Below are positions 10,127-18,877 of a DNA stretch of 64,000 bases, piece after piece. Both the position numbers and the translations under genes were made by a program. The first letter of the stretch is position 1. Each line of letters opens with the position of its first letter. The stretch comes from Vulcanococcus limneticus LL (GTDB lineage Bacteria; Bacteroidota; Bacteroidia; UKL13-3), in NCBI GenBank assembly GCA_943361925.1, contig CALRIT020000010.1, positions 13,334 to 77,333 on the forward strand. The letters are read 5' to 3'. The notes under the pieces were generated by a model that had not been told where the DNA came from, ran no database searches, and was given only the letters and a program-made list of their open reading frames with translations.

Positions 10127-11497
10127 ATGCGTGCTTACGAAAGTGTGAATCCTTATACTGAAGAATTGTTATCGGCCTTTGATTTTATTCAGGCAGATGA
10201 AGTTGATATTATTTTAGAAGATGCTCATGATGCTTTTTCAACCTGGAGAAAACTGGGTTTTAAAGAAAGAGCTTTATACATTGAAAGATTAGCTAAATTA
10301 CTCAGAGAAAATGCCAGCGAACTTGCTGAAATAGCAAGTATTGAAATGGGCAAATTACTTGCTCATTCAAAAGCAGAAGTTCTTAAAAGTGCCAGTGTTT
10401 GTGATTATGTAGTTGCTGAAGCTGAGAAGGTTTTAGCATCAAAAACCACAGTTATTGAAAATGGTGTTGAAATAGAAATCAGCTATAAACCATTGGGTGT
10501 TATTTTAGGAATTTATCCATGGAATTTTCCATACTGGCAGGTAATCAGAAGTGCTATTCCTGCTTTAATGAGTGGCAATACAATTTTGGTAAAACCAGCG
10601 CCTAATGTTCCTCGTTCAGCCATCAAACTACAAACTCTTTTCGAAAAAGCGGGATTTCCGCATGGTGTTATTCAAACTATTTTCCCAAGTGATGAATTAA
10701 TTTCAGGAATCATTGCTGATAATAGAATTGCTGCTGTTACCCTAACCGGTAGTGAAAAAGCAGGTTCTTCTGTTGCATCACAAGCCGGAAAAGCCATTAA
10801 ACCTGTTGTATTGGAATTAGGTGGAAGTGATCCATTTATTATTCGTGAAGATGCTAATTTAGATGGCATCATGGAACAAGCCATTTTCTCTCGTTTTCAA
10901 AACAATGGACAAAGTTGTGTGGCTGCTAAAAGATTCATTGTTCATAAAAATCAAATTCAAAGTTTTCAAGAAAAATTGATTCTGGGACTTGAAAAAATGA
11001 AGTTTGGAAACCCAATGGAACTAACTACAGATCAAGGACCATTGGCTCGTTATGACTTACTTGAAACGCTAAAAAATCAAGTGAATGAAGCTATAGAAAA
11101 AGGTGCAGAGATTGTCTATCAATCAAAAGAAATTCCGTCGATAGGATTCTTCCATCCCATCATGGTTTTGGGAAATATTCCTGCTCATTCAAAAGCCTTC
11201 AAAGAAGAATTATTCGGACCGGTTTTATCATTGTATACATTCGAAACAGATGAAGAAGCCATACAGATTGCCAATCAAACCAAATACGGTTTAGGTTGCA
11301 GCATCTGGACCAATGATTTAGAAGCAGGTAAAACAATGTCGGAAGAGATTGAGAGCGGCATGGTGTACATCAACCAGATTGTAAAAAGTGATGTCAGATT
11401 TCCATTTGGAGGCTGCAAACAATCGGGCTTTGGAAGAGAATTAGGAGAAGAAGGTTTGAAAGCATTTTGTATGGTTAGAACGAGGTGGATCAAGTAA
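10127..11497 (+). CDS. NAD(P)-dependent aldehyde dehydrogenase, succinate-semialdehyde dehydrogenase-like
   Basis: 456 aa. ALDH signatures LELGGSDP (catalytic Glu) and NNGQSCVAAKRF (catalytic Cys). Length and layout match the short SSADH-like ALDH subgroup. Confidence 0.8.
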   Translation: MRAYESVNPYTEELLSAFDFIQADEVDIILEDAHDAFSTWRKLGFKERALYIERLAKLLRENASELAEIASIEMGKLLAHSKAEVLKSASVCDYVVAEAEKVLASKTTVIENGVEIEISYKPLGVILGIYPWNFPYWQVIRSAIPALMSGNTILVKPAPNVPRSAIKLQTLFEKAGFPHGVIQTIFPSDELISGIIADNRIAAVTLTGSEKAGSSVASQAGKAIKPVVLELGGSDPFIIREDANLDGIMEQAIFSRFQNNGQSCVAAKRFIVHKNQIQSFQEKLILGLEKMKFGNPMELTTDQGPLARYDLLETLKNQVNEAIEKGAEIVYQSKEIPSIGFFHPIMVLGNIPAHSKAFKEELFGPVLSLYTFETDEEAIQIANQTKYGLGCSIWTNDLEAGKTMSEEIESGMVYINQIVKSDVRFPFGGCKQSGFGRELGEEGLKAFCMVRTRWIK

Positions 11498-11551
11498 AAC
11501 ACTTTGGCTTTTGGCTATTTGCTTTTGGCTTTGAAAAAAGGCTTCTGGCTG

Positions 11552-11714
11552 CTGGCAACTGGCTTAAATCCTACCGGAAGAAACATTGAGTTTTAAAATC
11601 AACTTTTAAGATTCAGACTAAGGAATGTAATTTGAAATTTTCATTCTAATATTTAAATCCATTAGAATTTTCTTGTTAAAAGTAATGTTCCAATTCTACG
11701 AAAGCCAGAAGCTA
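11552..11714. repeat. Copy 1 of a tandemly duplicated ~173-bp noncoding module
   Basis: Hand alignment to 11725-11893 shows 5 substitutions over the first 147 nt, then one substitution and a 6-nt indel. Begins ctggcaactggc and ends gccagaagcta. Contains the hairpin attctaat / 12-nt loop / attagaat. Confidence 0.9.
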
Positions 11715-11724
11715 ATGCTGCCTA

Positions 11725-11893
11725 CTGGCAACTGGCTTAAATCCTACCGGAAGAAACATTGAGTTTTAAAATCAATTTTTATGATTCAGACTAAGGAATG
11801 TAATTTTAAATTTTCATTCTAATATATAAATCCATTAGAATTTTCTTGTTAAAAGTAATATTCCAATTCTAAGAAATCCAAAGCCAGAAGCTA
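11725..11893. repeat. Copy 2 of the tandemly duplicated noncoding module
   Basis: The offset between copies is 173 bp (11552 vs 11725). Followed at 11898-11909 by gccagttgccag, the exact reverse complement of the ctggcaactggc that opens each copy. Confidence 0.9.
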
Positions 11894-11917
11894 GCAGCCA
11901 GTTGCCAGCCGCCTTCT

Positions 11918-12085
11918 TCAAAGTTTCCCCGTTTTCTTCAACCAAACGTAAAAAAACACAATGGCCAAAATAAAAAACATATAGGCTTTGTCTTTTACAA
12001 AATGTTCGAAAAAGGCAATCCAGAAGCCTACCACCAAAGAGGCAATTGAAAGTATCAACCAATTTCGTAAAATCCAGCGGTCCAT
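11918..12085 (-). CDS. Small predicted two-helix membrane peptide (55 aa), not in the ORF track
   Basis: Hand translation gives MDRWILRNWLILSIASLVVGFWIAFFEHFVKDKAYMFFILAIVFFYVWLKKTGKL, with a TGA at 11918-11920. Its ATG overlaps the lptC stop as TAATG, which suggests translational coupling. Confidence 0.45.
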   Translation of the reverse strand: MDRWILRNWLILSIASLVVGFWIAFFEHFVKDKAYMFFILAIVFFYVWLKKTGKL

Positions 12086-12627
12086 TATTGTTTTAAATAT
12101 ACGGTTCCTTTGATATTGAAAATTTTCGGATGGGTAAAATCTGTTGTAGACTCCATACCTGTTCCATAAATAATTTTATCGGGTGAATGAATCTGAACAG
12201 CCTTATCGGTTGATATCATATCCGTTTTTTCGTCCCAAATCATTTCCTCAGTTCTGATGGTATCGCCTTTGTTGTTTACCACAATTACATCATTTCTTAC
12301 CAGTAAAGTTCTGGCTTTTTCATCTCTGAAAGCATATTTCGATTTAAGGTAACTTGTAATTTTCCCTTTGGGACCATAAAAATAGGCGGTGATTCCTTTT
12401 TTCATTTCAGATTCCAGTTTTTCTTCTGTGCTGTATCTTTCCAATAAAGGAGCAAAAACCTTAGCTTTCAAAAAACCACTGTCTGTATAACTAATGGCAA
12501 TATTTACACCCCTTTCAACAGGCAAGGGTCCGTCGGAAGCAGAGATTTTAACCTTATCTACATCCTTGTTTCCACAAGATGTTAGAATAGTTAGAATACT
12601 TAAAAACAGAAGAATTTGTTTAGTCAT
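12085..12627 (-). CDS. lptC: LPS export system protein LptC-like lipoprotein
   Basis: 180 aa. MTKQILLFLSILTILTSC is a signal peptide plus lipobox. The OstA/LptC-like beta-jellyroll pattern includes LLVRNDVIVVNNKGDTIRTEEMIWDEKTDMISTDKAVQI. The coaX / barrel / lptC order is common in Flavobacteriia (recalled, not verified). Confidence 0.65.
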   Translation of the reverse strand: MTKQILLFLSILTILTSCGNKDVDKVKISASDGPLPVERGVNIAISYTDSGFLKAKVFAPLLERYSTEEKLESEMKKGITAYFYGPKGKITSYLKSKYAFRDEKARTLLVRNDVIVVNNKGDTIRTEEMIWDEKTDMISTDKAVQIHSPDKIIYGTGMESTTDFTHPKIFNIKGTVYLKQ

Positions 12628-13942
12628 AACGATACCTTACAAACCAACGGTCGCTGAAATTAATGCCAATAATGAACCTGAAATAATTCTCTTTAATTAA
12701 ATTATTATCTGTAGTTCCTCTATCAACATATTCAAAGCCGAGGTTTAATTTCGACCTACTTCTAGCAAGAGGTATGCCAAAACCTGCACTTACTGCCCAT
12801 TCATTAATTCCTTGACCATTTACTTTGATATTTGTTTGGTCGTATCTAAATCCAGCTCTGTATTCTATTCTTTTTAAGAAATTTTTGGCATCATAAGGAT
12901 CAGGACAAATAAATCCTCCAACACTGTAGCCAAAACTATTTTGTAATGAATCGTTCACACCATAACTGCTATACTTCGACCAGTCGGTTCCTCGATAATC
13001 TGCAGCAATCATCCATCTATCCTGTTTACCAATGCTCATCCCAACTTTAATTGTTGAAGGCATTTTAAGAATTCCTTTTTCATTATCTGTTGCTATAACA
13101 GTGTCTTTAGAACCGGTTAATGCTCCATTGGGTAAAGTTCTTAATATATACTGTTGTTCTGCGTTTAAATCGGCAGCAGGACGAAAATTCAAACCAAAAA
13201 CAAAATCAAGGCTATCTTTATGGTATTTGCTTTTGTCTTTGCTATCGTAATTGATAAAACGAATTGTTTTATGGTATTGAGTTCCTAAATCAAAAACAGA
13301 ACCATTTACAAAAATTGATCTGTCTTCATTTAAATTGAACATATTATACTTGGACGGAATGAATAACTGTGTAGTATTTTTAACTTGACCAAATACATAA
13401 TTATAATTAAAACCAACAGAAAGGTCTTTAATAACTTTCATTCCATACCCAACATAAAATCGGCTTAAACCACCACGACCATTATAAAGGTAATTTGCAT
13501 TGATATCAAAAGTATCGTTAGGAATAACAAAAGTGGATGCAATATTATAACCAACGCCTGTAAAAGGTGACAATCCAAAAGCAACACCCATTCCTTTTTT
13601 TGTAGAGATTGGCATGGCAAAATTAAGGTAGGCTAACCAAGCGGTATTAACTTCACCAACCTGAGAACTTCCTTTAAATTTTCCATAACTAAAAGTACCA
13701 CCTGCATCAATATTTGTTTGCAATAAAGCACTATAAGAAGCTGGGTTCATCCAGTTTATTTCATGAGTTCTTCTAACACCTTGGGTAATTTGACCCATTG
13801 CTAAATTAGAAGCATTTCCTGCAAAAACCATTTCACCTAAACCAATAATTGAATAGGGAGATTTTGTAATATTCTGAGCAGAGGCGTCGAGCCAAAACAA
13901 AGAGCTAAGTAATAAAAGATAGCTATACGCCTTTTTTAACAT
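12620..13942 (-). CDS. Outer-membrane beta-barrel protein (putative porin, FadL/PorV-like N-terminal motif)
   Basis: 440 aa. Signal peptide ending ASAQ; the segment GLGEMVFAGNASNLAMGQ...NPASYSAL; C-terminal aromatic-rich strand FVRYRYD. Overlaps lptC by 8 nt and coaX by 20 nt, which suggests an operon. Confidence 0.6.
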   Translation of the reverse strand: MLKKAYSYLLLLSSLFWLDASAQNITKSPYSIIGLGEMVFAGNASNLAMGQITQGVRRTHEINWMNPASYSALLQTNIDAGGTFSYGKFKGSSQVGEVNTAWLAYLNFAMPISTKKGMGVAFGLSPFTGVGYNIASTFVIPNDTFDINANYLYNGRGGLSRFYVGYGMKVIKDLSVGFNYNYVFGQVKNTTQLFIPSKYNMFNLNEDRSIFVNGSVFDLGTQYHKTIRFINYDSKDKSKYHKDSLDFVFGLNFRPAADLNAEQQYILRTLPNGALTGSKDTVIATDNEKGILKMPSTIKVGMSIGKQDRWMIAADYRGTDWSKYSSYGVNDSLQNSFGYSVGGFICPDPYDAKNFLKRIEYRAGFRYDQTNIKVNGQGINEWAVSAGFGIPLARSRSKLNLGFEYVDRGTTDNNLIKENYFRFIIGINFSDRWFVRYRYD

Positions 13943-14648
13943 TGAAATTCAAAATTTTATTTAAACCAAACATAATCAAATGTGGGACCACAAATAACGG
14001 CCTTTTCAGGTGGATTGACAATACTTCTGAATCACCGCCGGTAAACAAAACCTCAATTCCGTCGAATTTTGCCTCATATTCTTGTATAAAATACTCAATT
14101 TCACCAATTAAGCCCCAAAATGCTCCCGACTTTAAACAAGAATTTGTATCGTTTCCAATCAATTCCCCTACCCCATTCCATTCCGGTAAAGGCAATTTAC
14201 CTGTAAAATAATTCATTGCCTTTAAACGCATTTGTAAACCCGGACTGATACTTCCTCCCAAATAATTTCCCGACTTTTCGATGAAATCATAGGTTACGCA
14301 AGTTCCGGCATCAATAATCAAGCAATTTTTATTGGGCTTAAACTGAAGTGCTGCTGAAACCAAAGCTTTTCTGTCGGAACCTAGTGTAAGCGGACTTAAA
14401 TAAGAATTTTGGAAAGGTAATTTTGTTGATGGATTTAAAATTAAAACATCATTTTCATTTTCAAACGCACTAAAATCTTTGCCTGAAACACTACAAATCA
14501 AAGTTTTATCAAATTGATATTTAGACTTTAATGAGCTAAAAAAATCTAATGAAAGTTCATCAAACTCAAAGAAATCAAGCATTTCTTCCTGATAAAAAAC
14601 TGCTGCCCTGTTTCTTGTATTACCAATATCTATAACTAGTTGTTTCAT
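13923..14648 (-). CDS. coaX: Type III pantothenate kinase
   Basis: 241 aa. N-terminal VIDIGNTRNRAAVF (the DxGNT motif of the ASKHA fold), plus IIDAGTCVTYD and FTGGDSE blocks. Confidence 0.88.
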   Translation of the reverse strand: MKQLVIDIGNTRNRAAVFYQEEMLDFFEFDELSLDFFSSLKSKYQFDKTLICSVSGKDFSAFENENDVLILNPSTKLPFQNSYLSPLTLGSDRKALVSAALQFKPNKNCLIIDAGTCVTYDFIEKSGNYLGGSISPGLQMRLKAMNYFTGKLPLPEWNGVGELIGNDTNSCLKSGAFWGLIGEIEYFIQEYEAKFDGIEVLFTGGDSEVLSIHLKRPLFVVPHLIMFGLNKILNFNVKKGV

Positions 14649-14654
14649 TTGAAT

Positions 14655-15404
14655 TTAGGATAAATTACAATAGACAATTTCCTTGTTTGCAAAACTTTTA
14701 ATTTCATCGTTTATAAGCAAATGTAACTTTCCATAATTACCAATTCCTAAAACTGTGGCTTTTACTTCATTTCCATCAATTAAAAATAAGGCTTCTTTTC
14801 CTTTAAAAAGCAGGTAGTTTTCATATTGAGATTTAATGGAACTAAACTGTTTTGCTTTTAAAAGTGAATAATATTCATCTAAACAAAGAAAAAGAGATTG
14901 CCTCAATTCTTTTATATTCAATTCTTTATTGGTGATTTGAGAAATAGAGCCAGCCTTTTCAATAGTAAACTCAGTTTGATTTACATTGATTCCTATTCCA
15001 ACAATACTACTTCTAATTTTGGCTCCCTGAAGAGAATTTTCGATTAAAATCCCACCCATTTTTTTTCCTTCACAAACCAAATCATTTGGCCACTTTATGA
15101 AAACCTCTTTTTCGGGCATTAATTGAGACAAAAACTTTTTGCAGGCCAAACTAATTGACATATTTAACCACATTTGCTCCTCCGGTTTCAAAAAAACAGG
15201 ATAATATAAAACGCTGAGTAAAATATTTTTATGAGGTTCCGATTCCCATTTTGCTTCCTGTTGTCCTTTTCCCTTTAACTGAAAATTCGTATACAATACA
15301 GCACCTTCAGGCAGTTTTTTATTGAGTTCTTCTATTTTTAAAGCTTCATTTGTTGATGAAGTTTCTTCTACGAAAATTGTGTATGAACCTGTTAATTGAG
15401 TCAT
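14655..15404 (-). CDS. birA: Biotin--[acetyl-CoA-carboxylase] ligase (no N-terminal HTH repressor domain evident)
   Basis: 249 aa. GKGQQEAKWESEP corresponds to the GRGRxGRxWxSP biotin-binding loop. KWPNDLVCEGKKMGGILIE matches KWPNDxxxxxxKxxGIL. Confidence 0.85.
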   Translation of the reverse strand: MTQLTGSYTIFVEETSSTNEALKIEELNKKLPEGAVLYTNFQLKGKGQQEAKWESEPHKNILLSVLYYPVFLKPEEQMWLNMSISLACKKFLSQLMPEKEVFIKWPNDLVCEGKKMGGILIENSLQGAKIRSSIVGIGINVNQTEFTIEKAGSISQITNKELNIKELRQSLFLCLDEYYSLLKAKQFSSIKSQYENYLLFKGKEALFLIDGNEVKATVLGIGNYGKLHLLINDEIKSFANKEIVYCNLS

Positions 15405-15450
15405 TTGTTTGAAAAAGCTTAATTTGCGAGAAAATTAGTCCTCTGTAAAA

Positions 15451-16011
15451 ATGGCCAAAAGCACCGAAAAAATAACACCTGTGAAGAAAACAACTGCAAA
15501 AAAAGTTGCAGTGAAGAAAACAACTGCGAAAAAAACAGCAGCTAAAAAGACCACTGAAGAAGAAAAACCTGTAGCGAAAAAAGCAGCTGCGAAAAAAGTA
15601 ACAGCATCAAAAACCGCAACTCCGGCAACCAAAAAAGCTAAAGTTGTAGAAATAATGGATGAGGGTACTTTGCTTGCTTTAACTGTAGCTCAAGGTATGT
15701 TTGAAAAGAAAGCTGAAGACATTCGCGTTCTTGATATGAGAAAAATTCCGGGAGCATCTGCTGATTTTTTTGTAATAAGCAGTGCCAGTAACGACAAACA
15801 AGTTGAAGCTATTTCGAGAAGTTTAGAAGATGAAGTAAAAAAACACCTGAATCAATCACCTTGGCACCGCGAAGGTTATGAAAACTTAGAGTGGGTTTTA
15901 ACTGATTATATTGATGTTGTAGCCCATGTTTTCCAAAAAGAACAAAGAGATTTTTATGATATTGAAGGTCTTTGGGGTGATGCAATAGAAATTCCTTTCA
16001 AAGGAAAATAG
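15451..16011 (+). CDS. rsfS: Ribosome silencing factor RsfS with a ~65-aa Lys/Ala/Thr-rich N-terminal extension
   Basis: The C-terminal ~115 aa, KKAEDIRVLDMRKIPGASADFFVISSASNDKQVEAI...WVLTDYIDVVAHVFQKEQRDFYDIEGLW, is a typical RsfS/DUF143 domain. The N-terminus is KKTTAKKVAVKKTTAKKTAAKKTTEEEKPVAKKAAAKKVTASK. Confidence 0.85.
   Translation: MAKSTEKITPVKKTTAKKVAVKKTTAKKTAAKKTTEEEKPVAKKAAAKKVTASKTATPATKKAKVVEIMDEGTLLALTVAQGMFEKKAEDIRVLDMRKIPGASADFFVISSASNDKQVEAISRSLEDEVKKHLNQSPWHREGYENLEWVLTDYIDVVAHVFQKEQRDFYDIEGLWGDAIEIPFKGK
15481..15535 (+). repeat. 30-bp direct repeat (x2) encoding the VKKTTAKK units of the RsfS extension
   Basis: gtgaagaaaacaactgcaaaaaaa at 15481 recurs as gtgaagaaaacaactgcgaaaaaa at 15511. 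Confidence 0.85.
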
Positions 16012-16095
16012 TCGTTTCGGTATTCCTTTTTGAAGCCCCGTCCTCTTGTTTCTGCAATTGGTCGGGGTTTTGTTTTTGATAGTAATTGTGCTACA

Positions 16096-16103
16096 TACTT
16101 TTG
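16096..16103 (+). promoter_or_regulatory. Bacteroidota-type -7 promoter box (TAnnTTTG)
   Basis: TACTTTTG lies 17 nt upstream of the ATG at 16120. Confidence 0.4.
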
Positions 16104-16119
16104 AATAAAATTTAAAAAC

Positions 16120-17031
16120 ATGCAAACCATTTTAGGTGCCAATGGCATTATATCAACAGAATTGGCAAAATCACTTCATCAAATGAACCTACCTGTTAGG
16201 TTGGTGAGTAGAAATCCAAAAATAGTAAAATCAGGTGATGAACTTTATCAGGCCGACTTATTAGATGCTGAAGCTTGTAAAACTGCTGTTAAAGGTTCGA
16301 AAAAAGTTTACCTCACAGCAGGATTACCTTATAACACCAAAACCTGGCAAAACAATTGGCCCATATTGATTGAAAATGTAGTCAGAGCTTGTCAATTTCA
16401 CCATGTAAAACTCGTTTTTTTCGATAATGTATACCTGTATGGAAAAGTTAGTGGTGAAATGACAGAAAAAACCATCCCAAATCCATGTAGTAAAAAAGGA
16501 GAAATAAGAGCAAAAGTTGTGGAGTTTCTGGAAAAAGAAATGGGAAATGCACAACTCATAGGACGTTCCGCAGATTTTATCGGCCATACGGATATGAGCT
16601 TTTTAACGCAAATGGTTTTTAAGCGACTTGCTGCCGGCAAAGATGCCCAATGGATGCTCAATCCTGATGTTTTGCATACTTACACTTATGTTCAGGATGC
16701 CGGAAAAGCGCTTGCACTATTAGGAAATACACCCGAAGCATTTGGTCAGACCTGGCATTTACCTGCTGATTCCAATTATATTACAGGTAGAGAATTGGTT
16801 GAAATTGCTGCCATCAACCTACATACAAAAAATAAAATCAGTAGTATTCCAAAATGGATGTTATCGGCATTGGGTTTATTTGTTCCTGTTTTGAAAGAAA
16901 ACATGGAAATGTTATACCAAATGGAAAATCCTTACTTGTTTAATAGCAGCAAATTCAATGAAAAATTTGGCGATATGGCAACACCAATCCGACAAGCAAT
17001 CAAAGAAACTGCGCTGAGTTATAAGCTATAA
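16120..17031 (+). CDS. NAD(P)-binding epimerase/dehydratase-family (atypical SDR) protein
   Basis: 303 aa. N-terminal Rossmann motif ILGANGIIS, with SDR-like length and layout. Confidence 0.7.
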   Translation: MQTILGANGIISTELAKSLHQMNLPVRLVSRNPKIVKSGDELYQADLLDAEACKTAVKGSKKVYLTAGLPYNTKTWQNNWPILIENVVRACQFHHVKLVFFDNVYLYGKVSGEMTEKTIPNPCSKKGEIRAKVVEFLEKEMGNAQLIGRSADFIGHTDMSFLTQMVFKRLAAGKDAQWMLNPDVLHTYTYVQDAGKALALLGNTPEAFGQTWHLPADSNYITGRELVEIAAINLHTKNKISSIPKWMLSALGLFVPVLKENMEMLYQMENPYLFNSSKFNEKFGDMATPIRQAIKETALSYKL

Positions 17032-17063
17032 TATTCATTTTCAAAAACATTTATAATCAAGAA

Positions 17064-17105
17064 AATAAGGATTTCCAAAATACCAATTGGAAATCCTTAT
17101 TGTTT
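17064..17105 (+). terminator. Rho-independent terminator
   Basis: 14-bp stem aataaggatttcca / tggaaatccttatt with a 10-nt loop, followed by gttt. Confidence 0.8.
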
Positions 17106-17192
17106 ATAGAAAGCTTTGCCTTTCAAAACTTAGGAAATCTTTAATAAAAAAAACTATTTTAGCAGCTTTCAATACCCCCAAAATAAAAAGGA

Positions 17193-18863
17193 ATGAAGAA
17201 GCTTCTACTATTAGTTTCTATGAGTTGCAGTTTATTTGCTGCCAAATCACAGGACAACAAAAAAAATGAAAAGGGAGAGTTCTCGGGAAACTTTCAAACA
17301 AATAATCAATTTTACGTTAAGGACAGTGCTATTGGCGCCAATACAACACAGTACCAAAAGGAACTTTCGAGCACCGATGCTTGGTTATTGATGAACTACA
17401 AATACAGTGGTTATAATGTTACTGTTCGTTTCGATTTATTTAACAATTCACCTTTATTGAATCCACAGGAAGCTTATACCAAAAGTGGAATTGGGATGTG
17501 GAGTGTAACTAAATCATTCGAAAACATGGATATCACTGCAGGTTATTTCTATGATCAGTTTGCATCCGGAATGGTTTTCAGGGCTTATGAAGACAGAAAT
17601 TTAGGATTGGATTTTGCAGTTCAGGGAGCAAGATTACGCTGGAGTCCAACTCCAAATACCACTGTTAAAGCATTTACAGGATTACAAAAATTCCGTTTCG
17701 ACTTACGTCCTGTTGTTTTAAAAGGAATCAATGCAGAACATCTTTTAGAAATCAACGAAAATTTAAGCATTACCCCTGGTGTAAGTGCTGTAAACAGAAC
17801 CATCGATAAAGGTACCATGGATGTAATTGCTTCTACCATTAACAACTATGATTTAGAAAACAGGTTCTTACCAAAATACAATGTTTTTGCTTACAATGTT
17901 TATAATACTTTGAGATATAAAAACATCTCTTGGAGTTTTGAATATGCATTGAAATCAAGTGAAGCGGTTGTTAACCCTGATAACGGTAGGATGGAATTAC
18001 ATGATGGAAAAGTATTTTTAACTAGCTTATCTTATTCAACAAAAGGATTTGGTATCAATGCCCAATATCGAAATATCAATAAATTTTCGCTGAGGACTTC
18101 TCCATTAGAAAACCAGAATTTAGGTATGGTGGCTTATTTACCTAGTATCACCAAACAAAATGTTTATCGTTTATTGGCCAGATACAATGCATTCACGCAG
18201 GAATTTGGAGAAAATGGCTTACAAGTTGAAATGAGTTATAAACCTAAATTCCTTAAAAAACACCAAACACAAATCAACCTCAATTATTCATTGGCAACAG
18301 GAATAAATAATTTCAATGGAAAAACTTTAGGGTTTTCAGCAAAAGATACCAGCAGATATTTTAGAGAATACAATATTGAGTTACAACATCGTTTTACTAA
18401 AAAATTCAAAATGAGTTTAGGCTATCAGGTAATTAATTACGATCAACAATTATTCGAAGCAAAACCTGGTGTTCCTTATGTTGTTTCCCATACTATTTTT
18501 GGAGAGGCAACCTATAAATTCACACCAACACATTCTATGCGTTTCGAAGGTCAATATTTATCTACAAAACAAGATTTAGGTAGTTTTGTTAATGGATTGG
18601 TAGAGTTTAATATGGCTCCTCATTATTCTTTTAGTATAGGAGATATGGTAAATATTACTCCAGGATATAGAAATACACCTCCTGCTGGAAAAGATTTTGA
18701 ATTGGTGCACTACTACTCGTTTTTTATGGCTTATACCCACAAAAACACAAGAGTTACCGGTGGATATATTCGTCAGGTTGAAGGTGTAAACTGCACAGGT
18801 GGTGTTTGTAGGGTAGAGCCTGCTTTTAATGGTGTTCGATTAACTTTGGTTACTAATTTTTAA
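17193..18863 (+). CDS. Outer-membrane beta-barrel protein of unknown function (resembles DUF6029-type proteins; recalled, not verified)
   Basis: 556 aa. Signal peptide MKKLLLLVSMSCSLFAAKSQ, a long alternating beta-strand pattern, and a C-terminal VRLTLVTNF with terminal Phe. Confidence 0.55.
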   Translation: MKKLLLLVSMSCSLFAAKSQDNKKNEKGEFSGNFQTNNQFYVKDSAIGANTTQYQKELSSTDAWLLMNYKYSGYNVTVRFDLFNNSPLLNPQEAYTKSGIGMWSVTKSFENMDITAGYFYDQFASGMVFRAYEDRNLGLDFAVQGARLRWSPTPNTTVKAFTGLQKFRFDLRPVVLKGINAEHLLEINENLSITPGVSAVNRTIDKGTMDVIASTINNYDLENRFLPKYNVFAYNVYNTLRYKNISWSFEYALKSSEAVVNPDNGRMELHDGKVFLTSLSYSTKGFGINAQYRNINKFSLRTSPLENQNLGMVAYLPSITKQNVYRLLARYNAFTQEFGENGLQVEMSYKPKFLKKHQTQINLNYSLATGINNFNGKTLGFSAKDTSRYFREYNIELQHRFTKKFKMSLGYQVINYDQQLFEAKPGVPYVVSHTIFGEATYKFTPTHSMRFEGQYLSTKQDLGSFVNGLVEFNMAPHYSFSIGDMVNITPGYRNTPPAGKDFELVHYYSFFMAYTHKNTRVTGGYIRQVEGVNCTGGVCRVEPAFNGVRLTLVTNF

Positions 18864-18877
18864 TAAACTAACTTTAA

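Noticed and set aside
11498-11596. In-frame continuation after the aldehyde dehydrogenase TAA stop, encoding a hydrophobic peptide (NTLAFGYLLLALKKGFWLLATGLNPTGRNIEF). This raised the possibility of stop-codon read-through.
   Set aside because: TAA is a strong stop. The hydrophobic reading is a by-product of the GGC-Tn-GGC repeat strings. There is no evidence for recoding signals.
11686-11763. 25-aa ORF (MFQFYESQKLMLPTGNWLKSYRKKH) spanning the junction of the two repeat copies. This raised the possibility of a type I toxin or small peptide.
   Set aside because: The equivalent position in copy 2 has ATA instead of ATG and an early TAA, so the reading frame is not conserved between the copies.
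11552-11909. Invertible promoter (inverton) or CRISPR-like interpretation of the repeat region. Also a sigma-54-like TGGCA in ctggcaactggc.
   Set aside because: The region lies between the 3-prime ends of convergent genes, so a switchable promoter has no obvious target. There are only two long, adjacent copies with no spacers and no cas genes. The -12 element (TTGC) of a sigma-54 promoter is absent at the correct spacing. Inversion between the 12-bp inverted repeats cannot be strictly excluded without read data.
11835-12062. 75-aa minus-strand ORF running from the small membrane-peptide region into repeat copy 2.
   Set aside because: It is out of frame with the TAATG-coupled 55-aa ORF. Its C-terminal half is simply a read-through of the noncoding repeat, and it has no start context.
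15435-15632. 65-aa minus-strand ORF made of Phe/Ala/Val repeats.
   Set aside because: It is the antisense image of the Lys/Ala repeat in rsfS, a compositional artefact.
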